A DNA stretch of 64,000 nucleotides, taken from the NCBI GenBank assembly GCA_004022145.1, contig RCNU01000002.1; one strand, given 5' to 3'. This DNA is from Paecilomyces variotii. Lineage: Eukaryota. Position numbers and translations under genes: made by a program. Positions 50,294 through 61,200 of the stretch are shown here, piece by piece. The number at the start of each line of letters is the position of its first letter. Within the stretch, counting starts at the first letter, position 1. Below the pieces are notes generated by a model, which saw nothing but the letters and a program-made list of their open reading frames with translations, was not told the origin of the DNA and searched no databases.

Positions 50294-51478
50294 TCATCCC
50301 CGGTTCAGCGTGTTTCCAGATCCCCTTGGATTCTCTTCCTTGAATTCATCCCACGCCCTTGCTTTCATGGTCTCTTCATCAGCTTTCTCCAGGTTGTCCT
50401 CATCAGGCTCTGGAGCAACGCCTGACTGTTCCCCTCCTTCAATTATGCCGCCTCGTCTCTTTTCCTCTTCAAGATAGTCTTCAATTGTCATAGTAGGCAA
50501 ATTGTGGCTTGGTTTGAAAACACCTTGTCTAAGTTGCGTCCGGCGATCAGTAAGCGTGAATGGTTGTAGTGGTTTGCCGTCTCTGCTCAATAACGGCCCA
50601 GCTCTACCGTTCTGTAACAACTGAGCCAGCGAAGGATCCAACCGGTCCGAATAACCTGTCTTGTCCGCATCGTTCCTTTTTCGGGGGTCATCACTGTGCT
50701 GGCTTTCCGCTGGTTTCGGCGCATTGCGCATCATCGACAGCATTGAGAGCTCCTGCACTAGCATATCCAATGACTGGAATGTGTGGTGAACGTAGAGTTG
50801 GATTTCAGCTAAATAGAGCTGTCGTGGGATATCGTCATCGTTCTGCAGTCGGCTCTGGTTTTGCGATAGGTACTTCGGCTGGTATCAGTATATGGCCAGG
50901 ACTATTATAGAGATTAAATACGGGATAACTGACCTCAAGTTTTTGTTTGAGCTCTTTTTCCTCCCTAAATCTGTTGACTTTCACTTCTCTCCGGGCAGCC
51001 GCATCGTTCATGGGCGCCAATGTGAAAGACTTCGGGTCCTCCGCGTATCGCTCGTAGAGCTTCTTATCACTGGGTGACAACAAATCATAGTCCTCCAAGC
51101 GCGCTAAAAATGACTCGTAGTATTGCAGTGCTCGACGAAGAAGGGCCTCACGGTCAGAGCTATAGGATCGCTGGAGCAGTTCCGCGAGAAGGTAGTCAAC
51201 GGTCAGGTACCTAAGAAACAAATTAGCTCTCTGTGTCGGTGTCTACATGGAAGGGGTAGTTACTGTAGGTCTCCTGTAGCGACGTCGTCCAAAGACTCGT
51301 TGCGACTGAATAACGACAGCTGACTGACGAGTTGCCGGCATTCTTCGAATTTCGCGATCGCCGCATTGACCTCGCTGCGATAGGAGTCGGTGTTTGTCTC
51401 TGCTGCCGATTCTAGCGCCTGTTTGGTCGCCTTTGCATCCTCGAAAAAAGCCCGAAGACTCTGAGGTTGGTCTGCCAT
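50294..51478 (-). CDS. TAP42: PP2A-associated TOR pathway protein Tap42/TapA
   Basis: LSLFSRNESLDDV, YLTVDYLLAEL, RREVKVNRFREEKEL, VFKPSHNLPTMTIEDYL, KARAWDEFKEENPRGSGNTLNRG; two introns. Confidence 0.94.
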
Positions 51479-52063
51479 TGCGTAGAGGGGTTTGTATCTC
51501 GCGAAGTGATCTACCGTCAGCTCCAGGTATGACACCAGCATGCCGGTTTACAGAACTTAACTAAGATACTTTATTTAGTGCGCGGGGCTAGGCTCCGCAA
51601 TCTCTGTACTTCTCGGCGTTTCCCCAATGACTATTTATGGAAATCAGTGAAACTTCAAATATGAAATTCGAGGCACTACCTGTATATTATTCACAAGCCT
51701 TGATGTATGTATATTAGAAGTAGAGTAGGCGGTATGCAGGCGGTCAGTTTTGCGGTAATTCCCCTCTTTGGGGTTGCTGGGGACAATGCACCTGCTTTCA
51801 AGCAAACAAACGCTTGAGACGTGTCAATGAATGCCTGCTGGTCTCTCACCTGGCCCTTCATTCAACTGCTCAAGATCGACGTCCATAAGTTCTCAACCTT
51901 ACTTCTTCTTGTAGTCGTCCCACCCATCGAACCGTGACCCTCATCCGACATAAGTGTCTGACTTGGTATCTTACACCACTGAGATCCTGCTCTACCTCCA
52001 TCTAACTCTCATTCTTTACTATCTCAGCTCTTTTGTTACGTCCATGCTGAGAATTAATATGGG

Positions 52064-55000
52064 ATGATGGAGCACCTGACAATAAAGGACGCCATCCCTG
52101 GCGAAGCAGTTAATAGCTCAGAGGCTTCGATTACTACAGTTCCACCTGCTGTTGGCCCTGTTGAAGATGAAGATCATGCCTCATCAGATTCAGAATCTGA
52201 GGATCATGATCCAGCATCCGCTCAGCAGGATATCAAGCAGCAACGACGAGCGCAGAAGGCCAAATTTGAGGACTTGTATGCTCATCAAAGTCTCCACCAG
52301 GGCATTTCAAAACGCTGACCTGCCTGTGTATCAGATTAGCGAAACATGTAACTTCAGTAACTGCTGAAGAGGTCAAAGCAGCCATCAAATGTGTTCCTGA
52401 TGCCCAGCTCTCGACGGCAAGCCTGATAGCAAAGCAAGATTTTGCTGCAACCATCACGGATCCGCGAGAGTATCAAATCGAGCTCTTCGAGAGGGCAAAG
52501 GCTCAGAACACCATTGCAGTGTTAGATACTGGTAAGATGGATGTTCATGATAAAATATCTCAGATGACTAACATCATCATTAGGTTCTGGAAAGACGCTG
52601 ATTGCTGTGCTTTTATTGAAACACATCATTCAGCAAGAGCTAGTGGATCGAGGGATGGGAAATCCTCCCCGCATATCCTTTTTCCTGGTATGCACGCCGC
52701 ATCTTCAATGATAAGTCTATGACTGAATATTATTAGGTGGACAGTGTGGCTTTAGTCTTCCAACAGGCCGCCGTTCTACGAAACAACATCGATCAGAAAG
52801 TTGCACACCTCTACGGCTCCATGGGAACAGATATGTGGAACAGAGAGACGTGGGAAGAGCTCTTCTCTAATAACATGGTGATAGTTTGCACAGCGGAGAT
52901 TGTGTATCAGTGTCTACTCAATTCTCATATCAAGATGGACCAAATCAACTTATTGATCTTCGATGAAGCTCATCACACGAAAAAGGACCATCCTTACGCT
53001 AGGTTTGTCCGCCTCTAGGATCCCTGTGGACTTCATCTGACGGCGCTTCAGAATAATCAAGGACTCTTATCTCAGGGAGCAGCCATCGAATCGACCGAGG
53101 ATATTCGGAATGACAGCCTCTCCTATTGACGCCAAAGGCGATATTGCAAAAGCAGCCACGTAAGTCCTTTTATATACAGAATATTAGAGTATCTGACAAT
53201 GTATAGAATGTTGGAGACGCTCCTGGACAGTCGCATCGCAACAACATCAAATCTCACACTTTTACGACAAACCGTGAGCCGACCGACGGAGGAGGTGTGG
53301 ACATACCGTCGACTACAGCAACCATTTGAAACGACGCTTCACAGGATGCTGAAGTCTCGTTTTAGCAATCTCAGCTGTCTCGAAAAGACATTCCGATATT
53401 CTTTGGATGCCAGTTCTGAACTTGGTAGCTGGTGTTCCGACCAGGTTTGGAAGTATGCGTTGTCAGAGGAAGTGCTCCCACGCCTAGAAAGCAAGATCAG
53501 CAGAGGCTTCATGAAGAATTACGGTCATAAAAAGCGTGCGAGGCTAGAACACGAAACAAAGTGCGTCCAGGAAGCATGCGACTTAGTGAAGAACTACGTC
53601 TTCAACAGCCCAAGTCTTTCACATCAACTAAGCCCGAAGGTACAGCTTCTCTGCAACGAGATCTCAAAATATTTCGAGCTTCCGACAGGCACGAAATGTA
53701 TTATATTCGTGGAAAAGCGCCATACTGCTCGGGTCCTCGGGGACTTATTGACGGCAATTGGAATTGCGCATTTACGTCCTGGAGTTCTTATTGGTGTAAG
53801 GGCTGGCGACGACGCAGGAATGAAATCGACCTTCCGCCAGCAGTTTATGGCTTTAGCGAAGTTCAGAACAGGCGAACTCAACTGTCTCGTGAGTATGCTA
53901 TGTGGGTGAGGAGAGCATAAGTTCCTCGGCTAACACCGCCTAGGTGGCCACCTCTGTTGCAGAAGAGGGTCTCGATATACCGGACTGTAACCTTGTTGTC
54001 AGGTGATGTCTAAACGGGTAAATCTTCAGTGTATCGGTACTGATAGTGTTCAAGGTTCGATTTATATCGTACGCTCATACAGTATGTGCAAAGCAGAGGC
54101 CGCGCTAGACATACAAACTCAACGGTACGTTCACCGCGCCTTGTCATTTATTACATCTGACGATGTCCCTATACAGTATGTGCATATGGTCGAGGAGAAT
54201 AACCTTGAGCACGAAACGCTCCTGGAGGAAGTTAGACATGCTGAGGTGATATATCCCAATATTCCGCAGTTATCATCAACTCATCAACTCACTTATTTGC
54301 CAAGGGACTTATGCGCAATTTCTGCGAGACGTTACCCGAAGATCGCATTCTTCATGGAAATGGCACCGATATGGATTCCATTCTTGAAAAGGAGATTGGG
54401 AAACGGACGTACAGGATTGAAAGTACTGGTGCTACGTTGACTTACCACTCGTCCCTGGCTATCCTAGCGCGGTACGCTAGCTCTTTGGTGAGGACTATGC
54501 CCCATACTCCCCTGGTGTGATAAAAGCTAAGTTAAGCAGCAATATGAAAAAGAGACATCGGCGCATGTTACTTACGTAGTGCTACCAAGCAAAGACGCCT
54601 ACGTATGTGAGGTGATCTTACCAGAGAAATCACCCGTGAGAGGACTGATTGGTAAACCTGCTGCCAGAAAGTCCCTTGCGAAGCAATCTGCCGCATTTGA
54701 CACATGTTGCTTGCTCCGAAAGAACGGCCTATTGGATGATCGATTCAACTCCATTTACCATAGAAGGTTACCTGCTATGCGAAATGCGAAGCTGGCTATC
54801 ACTTCAAAGAAGACCAACCAGTATGACATGCTGACGAAGCCTTCGTTCTGGAGAAAAGCATCAGGGACAATTCCCGAAGTCCTTTATATTACTGTGATCG
54901 TGATGCTTCCCTCAAAACAGCTCAGCAGAGAGTACCAAAGCATAGCTATCCTGACCCGAGATAAGCTCCCCGCATTCCCGAAGTTCCCATTGTTTCTGGA

Positions 55001-57445
55001 AGATGATGTTGAGACGGATATCATAACCTTACCGATGAAGGATGTCCTTAGGATTGGAGATGCAGACCTGGAGCTCTTCACTACGTTCACACTCCGCGTT
55101 TTCCGTGACATATTCCATAAGACTTACGAACGCGAAACGGCAGCAATGCCTTATTGGCTTGCTCCGGCTACTGTTTGCTATGAGGATATCTCTGCGTCAC
55201 TGGACTCGAGATGTGTGATTGATTGGGGCGTATTGAAGGAAGTACAGGATAATGAGGACTTACCCTGGTCTGTGGAAACGCCAGCAGCGTACGTTCTTGA
55301 TCGCTTCGTTTTCGACAAGTGGGATGGGAGATACCGATACTTCACCATGGCAATCGAAAGCGGACTTCGCCCTTCCGACCCGCCGCCATCTTTCATGCCT
55401 CGTCGTAGACACATGGGCAGCATTATGGATTATTCTTTGAGCATGTACAAGAATGCCCGCGCAAAATTTCTTGAGAGATGCAACTGGGACCAGCCAGTCG
55501 TTAGAGCAGAACTAGTCCGTTTACGCAGGAACCTTCTGGAGAAGATGACGGAGCAGGAGCGAAATATTGAAACGAGGTGTGTTATTTGCCTGGAGGCTCT
55601 TAATATCTCTGCGGTAAGTCAGGCAACCATATTCCATCAGACTTGATCTCTAATATTTACTAGATACCTGCCTCTGTTGCTATTTCCTGTTTATCATTCC
55701 CAGCAATCATTAGCAGATTGGAGTCCTATCTCATTTCGCTGGAGTGCTGTGAAGACCTGGGCCTTGTTGTCAAGACAGAATACGCTCTAGAAGCGTTGAC
55801 GAAAGACTCTGACAACACCGAAGAACACCGTAGTGAACAGATCCATTTCCAAAGAGGAATGGGAAAGAATTACGAGCGTCTTGAGTTTCTCGGTGATTGT
55901 TTCCTCAAGATGGGGACATCTATCTCCTTATTCGCACAGAATCCGGACGATAATGAGTTCGACTACCATGTGAACAGAATGGTATTGATATGCAACCAGA
56001 ACCTATTCAATACGGCCAAGGAGCGAGCTCTTTACAAGTACATAAGAAGCAAGGGCTTTTCCAGGTATGTCCCTGTCTGCCACTATTACGGATGAACAGC
56101 TAACGGCAGCCAGACGAGCCTGGTATCCTGACGGATTGAAGTTGCTTCAAGGCAAAGGTCATGACAAGTCAGGATCTTCTGAGTCTAAACACGCACTTGG
56201 AGAGAAGACTATCGCGGATGTCTGCGAAGCACTGATAGGAGCTTCGCTTCTTTCCGGAGGTCCCGAGCACCGGTTCGATATGGCAGTCAAAGCAGTGACT
56301 GCTTTCGTTGGTAGTGCCAGCCATAACGTTTCTAGCTGGAAGGAATACATGCGTCTATATTCTCGACCTTCGTATCTCGTCCAAGAGGCAGACGGATTTG
56401 AGATAGATCTAGCTCAGCAGGTTGAAGCAAAGCTAGGTTACCATTTCAAGTACCCCAGGTTACTTCGGTCTGCTTTTACTCATCCTTCTATGCCTTCCGC
56501 ATGGTCCAACGTTCCCTGTTACCAGCGCCTCGAATTTCTTGGAGATTCGCTTCTTGATATGACCTGCGTGGAAGATCTGTTTGCTCGGTTTCCAGATCGT
56601 GACCCGCAATGGCTTACCGAACATAAAGTATGTTGCTATCTAGAGGCCTTGCATGATTCTACTAATTTTGCTGACGAATCTCAGATGGCAATTGTGTCGA
56701 ATAAATTCCTTGGGGCTTTCGCCGTTAGTGTCGGGCTGCATAAGCACCTGAAGTATTTCGGCGGTCCCCTGCAGAGTCAGATAACTGAGTACGCTGAAGA
56801 GATCCAGACAGCACAGCAGGAAAGTGATGGGGCAAAAGATTTTTGGACCGCCACCAAGGATCCGCCCAAGGTATAGTATTAGTTTCCCTCCAGCTGTGTT
56901 ACATACACTGAATGTATGGTTCCTTTAGTGTCTACCGGATATGGTGGAAGCGTACCTGGGGGCTGTGTTCGTTGATTCCGATTTCAATTTCGAGGTCGTC
57001 GAGGCATTCTACCGGCAGCATATCAAGCCCTATTTTGAAGACATGTCTATTTATGACACTTTTGCTAACAAGCATCCAACTGTATGATCAATTCCCCGGT
57101 TATTTTCAGTCGAGCCCAGCTAATTCTTGTCATCAGACGCACCTGCACAACCGGTTGACGAACGACTTCGGGTGCATGAACTACTGCCTCAAGGCAGGAG
57201 AGGTCCCTGCAGCCGACTCATCGCCTGTGACAGTGCTGGCAGCGGTGATTGTGCATGATTCGGTTGTCGCTCAGGGAACGGCTTCTTCCAGTCGCTATGC
57301 GAAGATCAAGGCAAGCGAGGCAGCATTGGCTAGTCTCGAAGGTCTTCCGCCATTCAGATTCCGTGAGCTCTATCTGTGTGACTGCCAAACAGTGAGAAAA
57401 GGAGACGTCGCAATTGACCATACAGAAGTGGGGACGGCCGTATGA
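52064..57445 (+). CDS. dcl1: Dicer-like protein 1
   Basis: [52 protein letters not shown] helicase; Dicer dsRNA-binding fold; PAZ; RNase IIIa YERLEFLGD; RNase IIIb [10 protein letters not shown]-terminal dsRBD with CDC; about 15 introns. Confidence 0.95.
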
Positions 57446-57519
57446 CAACGGACATCTGCAGGCTTGCAGTAGCTAGGCACGAAGGCGCAGGAACAGGACC
57501 TGGCCCTTTCCAAATTTCC

Positions 57520-57528
57520 AAAAAAAAA

Positions 57529-57574
<46 letters not shown>
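57520..57574 (+). repeat. A11 tract followed by perfect (TCAA)11 microsatellite
   Basis: Poly-A 57520-57530 and TCAA x11 at 57531-57574, about 75 bp after the dcl1 stop. Confidence 0.95.
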
Positions 57575-57578
<4 letters not shown>

Positions 57579-57802
57579 CCTAGATGATTCGTTGATATTG
57601 CCGTTATTTACGGTTATCAGGTAGTTCAGAGAAAATACAAGCAGATTTCATCCTCCCACCTAGTTATTACATCGTTTTCTCCGGTGGTCATCGTTAATAT
57701 GGAGATGGAGGATCGTCTGTCCCACCTAAGTATCTAAGTACGGGCTAAAAGACGCCTTTTGGCTGGAACGGTTCAGGAACCCGCGCGGAGCCATGGTTGA
57801 GC

Positions 57803-57849
57803 ATCACGTGAGCCTCAGCATTTCGCGGTGAGTCCCGAGATCACGTGAT
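57803..57849. promoter_or_regulatory. Pair of TCACGTGA E-box palindromes upstream of dynein heavy chain
   Basis: ATCACGTGAG at 57803-57812 and ATCACGTGAT at 57840-57849. Confidence 0.45.
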
Positions 57850-58207
57850 AGTTCACCCACATCTAGACTAGCGCGGCCCCCTGAGTCCCACCGCCTTCCA
57901 GTCCCGTGATTGTGGTTGACACGCCTGCCGCGTCCCGCAGCATTGACGGGCGAGAGATCAACGGACAACAGGCATTATTGTTCATGATCTGGCCTGTCTT
58001 TCTCCAGTCCATCGTCGCCTCCGATTCATTAATTTACCACCATCACCACTCCCGCTCCTTCCATTTACCTCTTCTGTCCCCTAGAAATAGCGGAATACGC
58101 ATCTACGACCGCCGCGCTCCCGGTCGATAAACACCACGCCTTCCAGAAAAGTGATCCGCGTGGATTCTCCATGATTTCGGCGTATACTCGTCCATAAATT
58201 CCTAGTC

Positions 58208-61200
58208 ATGGAGGTTGCCTCCGCGGGGGTGACGAACGGGCTCGCCGCGCCAAACCAGGTGGCTTTGGCGGATCCTGCGATCATTGTACGATACTTGACG
58301 GATGTTCTTCAGGTAACTCTGGGGGCTTCGAGAACGGATCTAGAAAGCGCTGGGAGCTTGCTGTGCAAAGCCAAATACTCGGAGACCGTGCAGAGATGTA
58401 CGCGTTTCGCGTCCGAGTCGCAGGTGGCTCTCTATGTGCAGAAGGATCTTGTAGCAGCGGAGGAGACGAACGGCACGGATGAGGGATCACGTAAGTGTCT
58501 GGCAAAGCTCTGGAATATATCTGTTCGTTACAGCTAATAGGATGTCATAGCGGCGCCAGCACAATACGTGTATAGTCTGTCATCCGAACTCTCGTTTTCA
58601 TCTACCACCGTCGCATCTGTGGCCTTTATCAAGCGCCCTGTTGCGATCGACCCCAACGTCCCCATACCTTCTCAGATCCAAGTCCTTAATCTTCCCGGTA
58701 TCGCCTCTCTCAGCAATGCAGAGTCGCAACAAAGCGCGACTATCTCCCCGTATGAGGTTTTGCACTCTCTTCTCCACAATGCCCTCGGTCCATACTTTGA
58801 GGCGTATACTCGGAATCACGACCTGGCAAACGGCGCCAAAACGAGGACGGATACAGAGGCGAAAACCGGTGTTCCAGGAACAAAGAAGCGGTTCGCAGAG
58901 CTGGAGCTCAGTCTCCTGCACCTGCAACAGAATGTGGAGATTCCGACTCTCAATCTTCCACTGCACGAGATCGTCCAGGCTGCTCTGGACGAAGCGGAAG
59001 CACGGGGTGTAAAGCCTTCGGTCGACCTGGTCCCACCAGCTGCGCTGGAGAGCAGCACGGTTCTAAACAGCATCCAAAACACCGTGAATGGGTGGATCAA
59101 GTCTATTCAGGCGATCACGAAGATGTCCCGCGACGCTGACAGTGGCTCAGCAGCACAGGAGATCAACTTCTGGCTATCTATGGAAACTGCTCTGGAGGGT
59201 ATCGAGAACCAGTTGCGCGGAGATGGCGTCCAGTTGACTATGGATATTCTGCGACACGCGAAGCGATATCAAGCGACACTTAGTTTCGTTGCGGATACCG
59301 GACTCCGGGAGGCTACTGACATGGTTCAGAAGTACAACCAGCTCATGCGAGACTTCCCGCTCGATGAGCTTCTGTCTGCGACCTCTTTGCAGAAGGTACA
59401 AGAGTCTTTGGGCTTGATCTTCAATCACCTGAACAAAAAGCTGAAGATATGCCCGTACCCCATCAAACGAGCTCTTGCTCTCGTCGAGGCTATCTCTGGC
59501 GACCTGGACTCCCAGATTCATCAGTTACTTCATGGCCGGACGATAATGCATCTGGACTATCGTGAATTCCGTTCGTTGATGAAGACTGCCGGTGCTATCT
59601 GGCGTACTTGGGATGAGAACTCGAAGGAATTTACCAACGTCGCCCGTGATGCGACCAGGCGTAGGAATGAGAAGTTTATCCCTATCAAGATCACCCCAAG
59701 GCACCTCAAAACCCAGGAGCGATTGAAGTATATAAACACCTTCAGGGTCAACCATGAACAGTTGCAGCGAACGATCGTGAACGTCCTCGGGCCCAAATCA
59801 TCATCAGATGGGGTCGCTAGTGGCCCCGGCTCGGACGGTGCTGTGATTGTTGAAGAAATTGGAGATGTCGACGCTGTTGAAGAAGTGTCTCAAGCCTATG
59901 CTGCATTGAAGGATGTTGACGTACTTGATGTGTCCGACCTGGGCACTCAGATCTGGATTCAAGCCGAGATTTCTTACAATGAGCGTACCTCCCGTGTGGA
60001 GAACTCCATCATTGCTCGACTCAGAGACCGTCTTGCCACAGCTAAGAACGCTAATGAGATGTTCCGCGTTTTCTCGAAGTTCAACGCCCTCCTAGTCCGG
60101 CCGAAGATCCGCGGTGCCATTGGTGAATACCAGACCCAGCTCATCGACAATGTCAAGCATGACATATTGATGCTGCACGAACGGTTCAAACAGCAGTATG
60201 GCCATTCGGAAGCCCATGCGATGGCCCAGTTGCGCGATCTGCCCCCCGTGTCGGGAGCAATTGTCTGGGCGCGTCAAATCGAGAGGCAGCTCAACGGCTA
60301 CATGCGGAAAGTGGAAGACGTTCTCGGAGAAGACTGGCATCTGCATTCTGAAGGCCAGAAACTCCAAGCTGAGAGTAATATGTTTCGGAAGAAGCTTGAC
60401 ACGAGACCCGTGTTCGAGTCATGGTTGCACGACGTACAAAGGCGACACATTACGATATCAGGTCGGCTTTTCAACATTAATCGCAACCGTGCCGCCGGAA
60501 ACTCTTTGGAGCTGAATGTCAATTTCGACGCCCAGATAATTGCTCTATTCAAGGAAGTAAGGAACCTGATCTGGCTGAATTTCCAGGTCCCGCATGCAGT
60601 CAGCAACATATCCAAAGAGGCCAAACGCGTGTACCCTTACGCCATCAGCTTGATGGAGAGCGTGCGGACTCTATTGCAGACGTATCGTGCCATCTCCTCG
60701 ATGACTGAAGTGGCTATTTTGCTCAGCGGATACCAGAACGATGCACAAGCCATGATCACCAAAGGTATACCACTCAGATGGGAGTCCTTCGTTCACTCAT
60801 ATGAGTTACATGTCAAGCAGTCAACCTTGGCCAATGGCGCTATTGATCCCTCTGTGCCAGCGCGCGGCGAGAGCAAGCATGTCCAGTTCGTCCGAGAATT
60901 TGCCGTTTCTGCCTCCGTGCTGCAGTCGAAGACCGCGACATTAACCTCCATCAATGAAAACATCCAGAAGGCCATTCTTGAGATCAAGACGTGTCCCTAT
61001 GATGCCACAGCTTTCAAGCAGCGTCTGGATGTTATCCAGGTGGCTGTTGACAAGCTCAACCTGGAAAACTACGTAAATCTGGGGTACTGGGTTACGGATT
61101 TAAATAACAAGATTCAGTCGATCCTTCGCGAGCGGCTTCGTCGAGCCATCCGTGAGTGGATCTCGTCCTTCCAGGAAGCGAAAGAAGAGCGGCCTAGCAA

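Noticed and set aside
57520-57574. Poly-A plus simple repeat as a LINE/SINE 3' tail
   Set aside because: Upstream sequence is the dcl1 stop and short UTR; no element body or target-site duplication seen.
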